A DNA stretch of 45,765 nucleotides, counting the filler, from Jimgerdemannia flammicorona (lineage: Eukaryota), in assembly GCA_003990765.1 (NCBI GenBank). It is 2 parts of 2 records of this genome, joined end to end, with 100 filler letters (N's around TTAATTAATTAA, not from the genome) between each part and the next. Parts side by side here need not be neighbours in the genome. Positions count along the whole stretch, not along the records: positions 1 to 22,835 come from RBNJ01001196.1; positions 22,936 to 45,765 come from RBNJ01001197.1. One strand, 5' to 3'. The notes beneath the pieces were generated by a model. The model saw nothing but the letters and a program-made list of their open reading frames with translations, was not told the origin of the DNA and made no database searches. This document shows positions 22,671-35,531 of this stretch, one piece after another. The stretch's first letter is position 1; each line of letters begins with the position of its first letter. A program made the position numbers and the translations under genes.

Positions 22671-22835
22671 ATAAGAGACTAAATAAAAGAAGTAGTTTAT
22701 TTATTAAATAAATATTATACTTTAGGTACTATAAATAATAATATACAAATAATATAAAAAGAATTAGTATAAAGTTATATAGAAATATATTGACAATTCC
22801 AATACTCCTACTCAATGAGATATATATCCTAAAAA

Positions 22836-22935
22836 NNNNNNNNNNNNNNNNNNNNNNNNNNNNNNNNNNNNNNNNNNNNTTAATTAATTAANNNNNNNNN
22901 NNNNNNNNNNNNNNNNNNNNNNNNNNNNNNNNNNN
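22836..22935. other. Synthetic contig linker / assembly gap
   Basis: 44 N + TTAATTAATTAA (stops in all six frames, 22880-22891) + 44 N = exactly 100 nt. Confidence 0.97.
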
Positions 22936-23067
22936 TTTTTTTATAGTCGCTTGGACTCCTTTATTCCACTAATCTAGAAGAGAACACAATCCATGTATCT
23001 CTACAATTACCTTTAACAACAAAGAACCCAACCCACAACTATTCATAATAATACAAAGAAGGGCTAT

Positions 23068-26000
23068 TCAACCCACCCCTTCTTTCCACCTCACCCCCTT
23101 CTCACCAAGTACAAGGTGTTCCTGACTTCTCTGAACAATGTCTAACACCTTCTTCATGGTCCCCAACTGGTGCCTCTTCCCCTGATACCACCACCCTTGC
23201 ACCACTTCCAAGAGTAATCCCTTCCACTACTCCACCAATTCTCCAATACCCATCCAGGGATCCCTCTCAAATACCCACCGCCAGTGCACTGCCATCAGTA
23301 CCCAGATGCCGATAATCTGACCCAGGCCTCCCCAGATGTCCCCAATTTCTCCCACCAGGCGACGCTTGATTACTCGACAAGTGGGGCCCCCTGCCCACTC
23401 ACTCTCCTCCCCCCAATAACCCTCCAATGTCTGCCAAAATCCTTCAACCCCTGGACAGGCTGCCAGAATATGCTCTGGCATCTGCACTACTCCCCCATCC
23501 AGCTCACAACACCACTCACATTCCCTTATACCATCTTCCACCATCCACCCTGTCCTGTACCCCAGCATGATGTTCCTCTGCAGAAATCGCTACTATACCA
23601 TCCAGAACTTGGGCGGGGCAATCTTGAGTAGAGAGATCCCCCAGCCCCAAACCCGACCCCACTCCCATTCTTCACCAAACCCAGCCTTCTGCCAACCAAC
23701 CAGCCACCTCTCAAGCAGACCCGTTCGGATCCACTCCATTGCCCCTGACAAAGAGTATTCCACCAACGAGCGGCCGCTAATACGGATCACACCAAGTTGC
23801 CACCATTGTCGATCTGGGTCCTCCTCTTCTTCGCCAGGTTCTGGGCCCATGAGACCCATCGCCAGCCAAGCTTCTACAATACTCCACCAAAATCCCCTAT
23901 AATGCAACCTGCTAACCCTTCCAACCTGGAGCAAACCTCGCATGTCCTTCCAAACCTCGCTCCGGGAGCAGAACCAAACTTCCCAGTTGTCCATAGCCAG
24001 TTTGCTCCAGCCCTCCCCTCCTAATTCTGCCATCCGACAACCCCACCAGCCTCGGAGCACCTTTAGCCGCCTTCTGAAGTCCACCAACCCCAGACTACCA
24101 TCTGCCCTCACCATCACCATAATTTTCCAGCTAATCTGTGATCTCCTTCCCTGCCACAGCCATCCTTCGACCACCTTCTTCAGCTTTTGAACCACTCATC
24201 CTGGAAAGTCCAGGTGGTACCCCAAGTACTACAGCTTCAGTAACCAATATACATTCAAAACTACAATCCTCCCAACCAAGGAGAAGCCCCTCCCAGATCA
24301 GCCCACCAAGGCATTCTCCCACTTCTGTATCATTCCACACCACCACTCTTTTGGCAGCACCATCCCATAAACTGAGAACCAGATGCCCAGATATCGAACT
24401 GCTTCCCCAGGTCTAACCAATTGTCCAAAATGTCCATGCTCCCCCAACCCAGCTCCAAGCTCCATAGTCTTGCACTTGCCCCAGTTCAGCTTTGCTCCAG
24501 CCAGCATCTCATACTGTCCTACCCCTTCCTGTAAGCTCACCACATCTTCCACACTGCCTAACCCTACTACCATATCATCTGCAAAAGCCCCCATCTTCCA
24601 GACCACATCCCCCATTTTCAATCCGGTAAGTCTCCCCTTCAACCACACCAACAAGGGCTCCAAAGATAAAATGTAAAGCAGGGGTGAGAGAGGATCTCCC
24701 TGTGGCACACCTCGCCCTAAGCGGAACTTCGGGCTACTCCACCCATTCATCAACACTGCAGCCCTGCAACCTCGCACCAGACCCATCAGCTTTCGAGCCT
24801 CCTCCAGATCAAATCCGACCTTCCGTAGATCTGCCTCCAAGTAGTTCCACCACACCATATTGTAAGCCTTCTCCTGATCCAAAAACACCATCCTTCCATC
24901 TACTTGCCAGCTTCGACAACCTTCCAAAACATTTTGCACCCATGCTGTGCTGTCTCTAATCTGCCTCCCCTTCACAAACCCTCGCTGTTCATCACCCACC
25001 ATTCGGCCAATCCATTGTTGCATTCTCCCTGCCAGAATCTTGGAGACCAACTTCCTATCCACATTCAGTAACATGATGGGCCTCCAATTTCGCCACACAC
25101 GTCTGTCCCCTTTCTCCTTATAAAGCAGAGAGACTAGCCCTAAGGAGCTATTGCCAATCCAGCAGCCTTTCCCCAGTGTAAAGTTCGCCATTTCCACAAG
25201 CCATTCCCCAAGCTCAGTTTGAAACTCCTTCCAGAACTCCCAAGGCAGTCCATCCTCCCCTGGCAATGAACCAGTCTGCGCTTTCCTCAGAACCTCTAAC
25301 ACTTCTTCAAGGGACACCCTACCCATGACTGCCCCACCAATTGCTGGCTCTGCCACCACTGGCCAGCTGCTGACCAAATTGTTATTGTCCTCCAGTGCTG
25401 CCTCTCCCTCTGCCAGCCCTCCATCATCCTGCCATAGGGTGCGCCATCGACCAGAAACCTCCCCTAGCATGTCTGTGATATCGGTCACCTCAGTGCCATC
25501 CTCCTGCAATACAGAGGCCCAGCTGTACCTCACCCTTCTGGCCTTCAAGATGCCAGACAAGTATTTGGTGGGTCGCTCTCCTTCTTCCAACCGCTTGGCT
25601 CGCAGTCTTGCCAGCAACCCATCCACCACCCTATCCTCTGCAGCCTTCAAATCTGACCGCAACTCTGCTACCTCCTTAATCAACAGGGAGCACCATTCCC
25701 CTGAGGTGTTCTCTCCCTCTAAAAGTCTCAACCGCCAGCACAGCCCCTGCTCTACTCTCCTCTCTCTATCCTTCTGCTCCCTTCCCGCTACCTCTCCTAC
25801 ATCACGCCAATATGTACCTGCCAGATGTTTAAATTTCCCCCACCACTGTACTATTGACTGGCCACTATTCTTCTACCATGCCACTTCCTGTCTTGCAATT
25901 TCCACAAACTGATCCCGCTCCACCTGTCTCTTGAGTAGTGCCACATTAAGTTGCCATCTGCCTCCACCACCACTGGCTGCCTGGAACCTCCAACACACCT

Positions 26001-26703
26001 CTACACCTCAGTGATCTGACCAGGGACACCACCGTACCTCAGTTGAATCCAAAACATTACCCCAGCATTCTGCCACCAGAATCCAGTCAATCCTTGTACT
26101 AACCAAATCCTCACCAACCGAATGCCACCTAGTAAATAGCCCTGACTTCTCACCTTGACGTTGTCATACTCCATCAACCAATCCCATTTCCTTCTCAACT
26201 TGAAGCCATCATGAGAGCCCTGTAGAGACTGCCATACCGACTCCACCATCAGACCTATCTAATGTCCTATCACAAACCATGTTGAAGTCCCCTCCCAAAA
26301 TGTCCAGCCCAATCTCCTCTCAGCCTTCCCAATCCAGCCAACCTTCCACCCATTGGTTTTGCTCCCTGCCAACCGCTGGCAGATATACTGAGCCAACTGC
26401 AAGCCCATCGCCTGCTTCTCCTTTCAGTCTCCCCCAGACCAATCTATCACTATACCTCTCGACCTCCTTCAGCTCTCCTCTCCCCAAGCCAACCAAAATG
26501 CCCACCTGCTCATTCCACCCTGTGCTACCATACCATTCCTTGCTCCACTCCTCATAATCTTGCTCTCTATAGGCCCGAATGTCCTGCAGAAATATCAAGT
26601 CATACCTCCTGTTCTTCAGCCACCAAAACAAACGCCTTCGCTTCACTCCATCATGCAAACCATTGACATTTAGTGATAATATATGTAGACTGTTCATCAT
26701 CAT
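23068..26703 (-). pseudogene. L1/Tx1-like ORF2 (~1211 aa): APE endonuclease, RT, C-terminal Cys/His region
   Basis: ORFs 26320-26703, 24298-25731, 23593-24195 and 23227-23568 share one frame. Motifs: SLNVNGL, FLQD, GGDFN, TRIDWI, SDH, WRPIMLLNVDRK, DQEKAY, GVPQGDPLSP, FADD, YLGI, CEWC...EHILAAC. Only nonsense changes. Confidence 0.95.
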
Positions 26704-26715
26704 GAATATAAATGT

Positions 26716-28560
26716 TTAAATTTCCACTGGATTCGCCGCCACCTTCTCAGCCCTACCGCAAATAATAGCCTTCCATTCCTCGCAGATATCCCTCCAGATG
26801 CATGCTCCATTCACCCCATTGCAAAAGACCACTACTCGCTCCGATGCCACCTTCCTGATTTCAGCCATACGGTCCTCATCAACCTCATATCCTTCATCAT
26901 CCAGAAGTGCCGCCACCATTGCTGTCACCAACTTTGGCCCCTACAATACCATATTGAGAAACCCTTCTCAGGCCTCCTGCAATCCATTAAACACATCCAC
27001 TTCCTTAATATCCTCCTCCGCGAGTTCCTCGAGCACTGCCTGATACCAGTCATCAGCCGTCATCACCATGGGCCCCGGGGTGGCTGGCCTTGGAGTCCTG
27101 CTCAGCTCCTGCAGCATCTCTCTATCTGCCGATACATTGGAAGCCACATCCACCAGATCATCCTCCTCAGTGCCCTTCTCCAGCCGAACCACTTCACCCA
27201 CCTCTGGGCATTCCCAATGCACATTCGCCACTCCCGCCATGCGAACATCCTCCAACTGGGTCTCTGGTACCACCTCGACAACCTCCTCAAAGCCCCCAGT
27301 GGTCGCCTCCTCCTTATCCGCCCACTTCCCTGTCACTGGTGCATGAGTAGAATCCTCCACACCCCCTAGTTGTGAAAAGGACACTTCAGCTGTCTCCACC
27401 TCTTCCATTTGACTTTTGGCCATCTCCGCTTTTTCCTCCTCCTCCCTTTTTGAGCCCTGGAGGACTGTCTGCAGACGCTCCCAGTTTGCCCTTTGCCACC
27501 TCTTCCTCTTCCCATCAGTTGGAATCCAGATCCAATCCTTGGCAAACTCCTCCCACTTCCTCTTCCGCAATTCCTTCGGAGCCTCTCTCTCCTCTAGGGT
27601 AACTAGCAATTCCTCCTCCTCCTGTTCCGAGCCCTTTCTTCTCCACACTTTGCACTCCTGCCCTCCGATGTGAACTACTTCTGGCCAGTCCCTCCCTTGC
27701 CCTATGGCCTCCTTGCCTTCCAGTCTCACCATCACCTCGCAGTTGCCATTCCTCAACTTAGTCTCCTCCCAGAACATGAACCCGAAGTCAACCATCTCGC
27801 CAAATACCCCCAGTGCCTCCGCCATCATTCCTTTGGTCTCCTGTCTTCCTAATGTTGGCAGCCCTTCAATCACCAGTCATACTGCCCATGGGTCCCACCT
27901 CAGGCACCTCGCTATGCCAACCTTGATGCTCTTGATGACCAGCCCTTTCTCCAAGGCCTTCACCATCTCCTCCTCCTCAACAAATCCTATCTCAACCGCC
28001 TCAGCTGATGGAATGAACTTCAGCGACTCCGCCCCTGCAATCTCCTCTCCAACTAGCCGCAAGACCTCCCTTGCAGACATCCCCAGCCCCAAAAAATTCA
28101 CTGAAATGGCCCACGTCGATACCGATTTGTGGAAGAAGGGACGCACCATCAGTTCACCAGATCCAGCTGCCATTGTCGCCTTCTTCTTGTTCTCCGATAC
28201 TCCAGCAGTCACCCCAGCCACCAGCCCAGCCCCAGGAAAACCAGTCCCAGCCACACCACTTCTGGACCCCTGGCCCCGAGCAGGCACCTGACCAGTCACC
28301 TGACCCGTCACCTGGCTGGTCACCTGACCCCTACCCCTGTCAACACTACGCCCCCCCTGCCCTACCCCCATGGGCCTAGTGGCCGCCCTCCTGCCCCCCA
28401 TCACCGTGTGCCAACTCTCAACACCAGCCTGCCTCCCCTGACCACCTACTCCTCCTGCCCCTGCACCTGCTCCAACTGTCACCGCGAAACTCTTGGGGAG
28501 ACCCAGACCAGGCCTCCTTCTCTCCAAATGCTCAGAGCTTGATGAACCCTGGGTCGCCAT
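26716..28560 (-). pseudogene. L1/Tx1-like ORF1 (~614 aa) with two in-frame TGA
   Basis: ORFs 27877-28560, 26968-27873 and 26716-26931 are in one frame. Gly-rich N-terminus, RRM-like core (FGEMVDFGFMFWEETKLRNGNCEVMV), acidic C-terminal half. Confidence 0.9.
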
Positions 28561-28732
28561 CCAACGAAAACTCCACCAAAAAAGATGAGACTTGTTGTAT
28601 GTTGTAGCTAGACTCCTGCCGCACCTTGTACACTAGAATAGATGACGGGAAAACTTGAAAACGTGTTGCTTGTCACGAAAAGATGTCTGTGTGGCTTAGC
28701 TTACTCTGAATGGTTTGAGCAAAAGGAGTCCC

Positions 28733-31700
28733 CTGGTTACTTGGACTCCTTCCTTTATTAACACATTGTTTATCCTCTATATAATACACTGTGCCCACCC
28801 CTACCTAATCTCCCTAGGGGGATCTCTAATCTCCCCCCCCCCCACCTCCTCTCAATGAAAGACTACTTTGTTATTTACCATCACCACCCACCCACTACTC
28901 TGTTCACAGATCTCTTTTACCAAATAGCAATATTGTCCACCCTGGAGACCCCAACCAACCCACCATCCAGTCAACAGATCTTCCATCAATCCCTCTCATC
29001 TCAACAACTTCTCCTATATATTCATCTGCTGTCCCTTCTCAAAAACAAAGAGCCAATGTCCAACTAGCCCTACTTATACAGCTAAAACCCACCCTACAGT
29101 GAGCCATTTATTGCCCACACCTCCCACTAACCAAGATTTCAGATCTTTCCAGTGACCTCTCTCTCCATCCAGCCTCCTCTCCACACCCAACCAGATCTCT
29201 ACCACTATCCAAAAGTCCCCCAGAACCTCACACTCTCTCAGCTAATATTCTAGTATCTGTACAAATTTCCCAACTTACCTGACATTATAATACTCCTCAC
29301 AATCTAATCAACCACCATCTACCAGATGTCCAGTATAGAAATTCAACATAACATTCCTCCACAGTATCTACCACCATACAACCCAAAACTTAACAGGAAG
29401 CCACTTCTGTACTTCAGTACTCTATGATCAGACTCCTGTCCAGTCCCACTCCTCACCAATCCTTACTGCCTGCCAACTACTTGGTCATAAATCCTGACCA
29501 AGACCCTGCTGACATTCTACTCCTTCACCAATATCAAACTCAGCAAGTAGCACTCTCCCCAGAAGCAGTCAGTTCCATTACCACATAGCTGGTCCCCACA
29601 ATGTCTCTCCCTCATTGCTTTACTAGTACAGACCTATTTAGTGTACTCCATCTACCACTCTCCACCAGAAGCCCTTATACTATAGCCATTGACTTCTATC
29701 CAGATCTATCAGAGATAGCAAATCTCCTGAGGACTCTTATGGAGAGAATCTCATCTCCCACACCTTCTGCATTAGAGATACCCAACCCCCTCCCTACAAT
29801 TCAACAGCTCTTTTCAACTACCAAGCTCACAGACAATGCAGCTGCTTAGGAAAATCCACTAGGCCTAGCCCTTTCCTAGCCACTGGTGTTGCAAGAGTGT
29901 CCCAACTGATCTGAGACCACCTCCCTGTCCAAATCCAATCTCTAGCCAGTTTCATCAGTCTCTTTACCACTCAAGCTAGAAAGTCCAAATGATATACAAC
30001 ATACCACAGCTTGGGGAATCAGTAGATATTCAGGATTAATACCTGGCCTACCAGGGAGATGTAGTGACCTCCCTAACCTCTGAGAGCCTCTCTCTAAATG
30101 GCCACTCTCCTCTTCCACTACACCTATGGTAAGACAGACCCATATATAGAGAGGAAGATGCCCAGATACCTCACCACCTCTTCTGTAGGTACAATTGTTC
30201 CAATGATGTCCCCTTCCATTAGTCCATTCTCCAGCACCATTGTCTCATACTTATGCCAGTTGAGTTTTGCCCCAGAGTGTATCTCATACCATTCCACTGT
30301 CTCCTGAAGTACCACCACATCTGCCACTAAGCCAAGTTCAACTACCATATCATCTACAAAGACCCCCACCTTCCACACTATACCATATACAGAAAGCTCT
30401 ACTACCTTCTATCATATCTTATCCATCAAAGGTTTTAATGAAAGAGCATAGAGGATAGAAGACAGCAGGTCTCTCTGAGAAACTCCCCTATCCAAGGAGA
30501 ATATCAGACCCTGGTGACCATTACATGTCAGTACTGCCCTACTTCCCTCCAACAGACTCAACATAGAAGCTTGAAATTGTGGGGGAACACCAATTCTATT
30601 CAATATCTTATCTAGCCACACCTGCCAAACACAGTCATAGGCCTTTTCTTGGTCTAAAATAACCAGTCTCTCATCCAATTCACAAGCTCTTGTTTCTTCA
30701 ATAATGCCATAAACTCAAGCAGTCCCATCTCTGATAAGCCTGCCTCCAACAAAGCCCCACTACTCCTCACCTAGCACCTGTTGGGCAACCTTCTGTAGTC
30801 TCACAACAATCACCTTGGTCACTATCTTCCTGTCTATATCCAGAAGCATGATCAGCCTCCAGTTCTTCAAATCTTCCCTCCTTTCCTTGTCTTTATACAA
30901 CAAGGCCACCAGTCCTAAGTCCTGCTTGCCAACCCACCTACTATTTAGAAGAATATGATCACAGAGAGTAGCTATCTCTCCTAACACTCTAGGGACCTTC
31001 ACCATCTTCTTCCAAAAGTCCCAAGATAGCCCATCCTCTTCTGGTGCTGTTCCAAGCTTAGTTACTGCCAGGACTCCCTGGACCTCCTCCTCTTAGACTG
31101 GTAGTACCAAGTCTTCAAGACTCTCTACCAGTAGTAATTCCCACTCCTCCAGTGTGTTGCCAATTTCCTTCTCATCTGCACCCCCTTTCTCCTCACTCTA
31201 CAGACCCCTCCACCTCTCCTTCAGTACTCCCAAGATCAGTTGTATACTATGCACCATTTACCCCTTAGTATCAAGGATCTCATCTCATTGATGTTGCACT
31301 CTCCTAGCTTAGAGAAGTCTTAACAAGTACCCAGTAGGTCTCTCCCCTTCCTCAAGCCCCTGCCACCTTAGTCTGGCAGTTATTCCTTTCATACAAATCT
31401 CTTTCTCCTCTCTCAATATCTGTTGTAGCTTTACTATCTCCAGTTTTGCTCACTCCAACCTCTAATCCCCCACCTTCTCAGAAGAAATCAAATCAGCCCA
31501 CTCCATCTGTAATCTAAGTAGCCTATTAGAAGTACACCATACTCTCTTCCTTCTCTGCCTCCCAATCTCCCTACCAGCTTCTCCTCAATAAACCCTTATA
31601 GCCTCCTTCAACCTCATCCAATAAATATCTACAGGTGAACCTTCATGTATCCAGCTAGTCATCTTCACCCAAATGTCCTCCACTCATGAGTCCTACAGTA

Positions 31701-34620
31701 CCTTCTCAGCCAGTAGAGAGGAGTTAAGGTGCCAATGTCTGAGTCCATCTCTACTCTCCCCAAACTACCCCTACCCTAAGAGTCTCCAGTAATCAGACCA
31801 CAGGTATCACTCTACCTCTAGAGATCTCCAAACATCTACACCCCAGTATTTGGTAGTTAGAATCCAGTCAATTCTCATGCTTAGTCTATTCATCCAGTAT
31901 ATGTAAACTTGCTTTTTACTCCACTGTGTTCTGCCCATATCTCTCAAGGAGCTAAGGTTCTCTACCTCCTCTTATATGTATATCCAGACCACTACTCCTC
32001 CAACCCACACTTCTCCCTCTATCAGTCCTATCTAACAGTAGATTCTGCACCATATTAAAGTCACCTCCTAGGACATCCACTCCTTCCTCCAAAAGAATAC
32101 CCTCCTCCAAAAGATCTCTAACCCACTTAATCTACTTACTCCTAGCTGCAGGGCAGTAGTAGAAGCCAACCCTCACTAGTTCCCATCCAGGTCAATGCCA
32201 TTCTCTCCAGACCAAATGGTCACTCCAGCTCCTGACTCCACCCAAATCTCCTCTACCCCTTCTCACCAGAATCACCACTTTGCCAATCCAAGCAGCAGCT
32301 CTACCCTATTCTCTAGTTCACTCCACCTGATTCTCCTCATTCTCACACCATACATCCTATAGTAAAAAGAGATCAGCTTCCAATCCCTTAAGCCAAGTAA
32401 AAATATTCATATACTGTCCAGATCCCTGTAACCCATTCACATTTAGAGAGAAAATATTAGTTATATTATTCATAAGGAATAATGTTAATTATCAGTCTCA
32501 TCCTCTACAAGTCTACATTCAACTCCTCTTGTGCCAAGTTCAAGTTATGTTCTGCAGCCAGTATCTTCTCTTCTGCCACCCATACCTTTAGCCTGACCAG
32601 AAGTTCAGCCATCTCCCCATCCTTCTTTTTCTCAAAGTCCTCATAATACTCCAGGCATACCTCCTGCCAGAGTTACAAACCATAATGCTCTGCTCAACAG
32701 TAGGCAGCTTGCTCACTAGCAATAACTGCCAGCTCAGTCTCCCTTTCCTTATCAACCTCATAACCCTCCTCCTCTAGGAAAATCACAAGTATCTGTCTTC
32801 AGTGCCTTCACCACCCCATCTCTATATAGAATCCATGTCCAATGCTTCTCACTCATCACTTGCAGGTCCAATTTCCCCAATTTCTCAGCTATGATAAAGT
32901 TATCCATCATCTTACTTATCTATAGCAGGTTCCCCACCCCCTTCCCTCCAGGCATCTCTGGCCTTCCTGTATCCAGCATCATAGTATTAGCTCCTATACT
33001 GGTAGTCTCATCCCACCCCTTCTCTGGGACATCCACCAGCTCATCCTTACTAACTGCTACCACCTATCTTCCTTTTGTTATATCAGAAACTCCAAAGTGT
33101 ACCCACTGAGTGCCCCTCATTAGCTCATCCTCTGCTGTCTGACCCCTCACCACTGAACCCTGCCTGACTAGTAGAGAAGTGTTATCTATAACTGGGTCCC
33201 AGACTTTGAATGTACTATCAGTAAAAGAGTTCTTATAAGGTGCCTTCCCAGCCCCTTTCAGGCCCTCCTCTACCTCTCCTTCTCCCTTACTAGTCCAGAT
33301 ACTTACCTTTATACTCTCAGACTTCTCAGTGCTCCCAGCCTTCATCTTTGCCCCTCCTTCTATGCTTGCCAGCAGCTCTCTCTGTCTCTGGCACCCCTGA
33401 GCCCTCTCCCACTGTCTCTTATCAGTATAAATATGCTTTCCTTCAACAATCTCCAGATGCATTGACTCTACATACAACTTCCAGATCTTTACCCTATACT
33501 TGACAGTACCACTCAACTCCTCCAGAGCCTCCAACAAGTCCTCCTACTCCTCTTCACTCTCTTTCACCCAAGATATCTTGCAGACAAAAGCCCCCCATAT
33601 TAATACCAAAGGCCAGTCACTCATCTTCTCTGTGGCCTCTCTCTCAGCCAGTCTAATCCTGATATCCATGTCACCTATCCTGAAAGTGGTCCCCTCCCAC
33701 ATCTAGAAACTGATATTGACCACATCACTATACTCTACCATCATCTTCTCCACTCTTCTCCTAGTCTCATCCTCCATCACTGTAGGCACTCTCTTCACCA
33801 GTAACTGTACCACTCTGGGGTCATATCTCAAGCACTATACTATAGAGACTACTACCTCCTCTATGGCCACTCCAGACTTCAAAGCCTCCTCCAATGAGCC
33901 CACCTTCTCAAAGCCCACCTCCACTCTCTCTAACTCCTTTAAAAACTTCACTGAGGCTGCTCCAGCCACCTGCTCTGATATAAGCCCCAGAACTATTCTC
34001 ACTATTACTACCAAGTCCCTGAAATACAAGATCACCACAAACTCTGAAATTGACTTCTTGAGTAATAGTACTACTACTAGCTCCATCACACCATCAGCCA
34101 GGTCTCTCTTCTACTTTGGGCCCATCTGTCCACCCCCTCCATCAATAGTCACATCTGGATTTTTTTCCAGATTCCCAGTCACACCTCTATCAGCAGTCTC
34201 ACTACTACTCTCAGCAGCTACTCTACTAGCCCTACCTCTTACTGGCTGAGGTCCAGTACCTTCAGTCTTTCCAACCTTCTGCTTTCCCTTCTTACCTGCC
34301 TGCCCACCCTGAGTTTCCACTAGCCAACCTCCAGCCCACAGTATGTCCACAAAGCTCCTCTCCTTCTACTCTCTGGCCCCACCACCAGTGCTGCTTCTAC
34401 TGTCTGAGCTGTCCTTCCCACTCAGGCCACTGAAAGACCCTATCTCTAATTCATACTCTCATCCAACATATTATCAGTCAAAGGCCCCAGATTCACCTGA
34501 CCTAGTATGCACATCTGCTTGCTTGCTGGTTGCTATTGCCTTAGTATCTTTCTCCAATAAATGACTTGAAAGTATATTATAAAAGTATATATAATATGAA
34601 TTGTAGCAGAGAAAAGATCA
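28733..34620 (-). mobile_element. Older full-length L1/Tx1-like LINE of a related subfamily (decayed)
   Basis: RT fragments 30124-30378 (FVDDMVV, YLGI), 30412-30678 (DQEKAYD) and 30760-31005 (KNWRLIMLL). ORF2 start near 32474 (FSLNVNGL); ORF1 fragments 33064-34350. 3' end AAGGAGTCCAAG as in the young copy. Confidence 0.92.
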
Positions 34621-34627
34621 ATGTAAG

Positions 34628-35531
34628 TTCTCTTTCTTTATTACAATTCATATTACACAAACTTCTTATAATACTTTTTATATGGTTTTTAGAAAAAGGT
34701 AACTAGTAGCATAATAATATATAAGAGTTTCAACAGATATACTGGGTCAGATAAGTCTGGAACCTTTGATTGGTAGTATGTTAAGAGAGAGTACAGTATG
34801 GATAGGAGTTTTTTCAATAGTATAAGTAAGTAGAAAGATTCTGGAGGATATCAGATATCTAATATAAGTAGTAAAGAGTCAAGGTCTATGAGCTTTACTA
34901 ATAAGATGAAGGTGGAGAGATGGTCTGGAGATACTCAGAGTAGTAGATCTGAGGAGAAGAAGGTGAGTCCAGAGAGAACTGGAGGGTCAATACCAGATGA
35001 GAGGCTGGTAGAACTATGACTAGGGGTAGAGATGTAATAGCTAATAGTAGTGTAACTGAGAATCTAGAAAAAATTCAGATGTGACTACTGATGGTAGGGC
35101 TATAGGAGGGGCTAAGTAGTAGAGATATAGGAGAGGCTAAGTAGCAGAGATATAGAAGAAAGAGAGATCTGATAGATAGTATAATAAGTCTGGTAGTAAT
35201 TCTATTACTTAAGAAATCAATCTTTGATTTTACTATTATACTATACTTTTAGAGATTAATAGTAATAGCTAAGATAGTATTAGATTTAATTATGAGCCAG
35301 ATAGCTAGAGTAGCTTTAGTGAAGTTTCTGCAGGAGTTGAAGGGGGTGGAGGTGAGCTTTGAGAAGATGGGGTCTTTAAAGGAGGTCTTGAGATCTGAGC
35401 TAATAGTTAGAGAAATAGTAGTCTTAATAACTTAGTATCTGAGGTGAGACCTGAGGATGATCTAGCTCTTAATAAAAGAGATACCTATGGTAATAGTAAT
35501 TGAGATAAGAAGGAGAGTGGAAGAGATTTAT
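34628..35531 (+). mobile_element. L1/Tx1-like LINE 5' fragment, head-to-head with the previous copy and cut by the Gypsy LTR
   Basis: 5' UTR TTACAATTCATATTACACAAACTTC mirrors 34570-34615. Contains decayed ORF1 motifs LLLKKSI and VKFLQELKGVEVSFEK. Confidence 0.82.

Larger units (their letters stand above)
22936..28732 (-). mobile_element. Young full-length L1/Tx1-like LINE (~5.8 kb)
   Basis: 5' UTR, ORF1, 12-nt spacer, ORF2, short 3' UTR with AATAAA, and poly(A) running into the gap. Retains many CpGs. Confidence 0.95.

Noticed and set aside
22880..22891. TTAATTAATTAA as a biological palindrome or piggyBac site
   Set aside because: It is centred in an N-run and is an artificial spacer.
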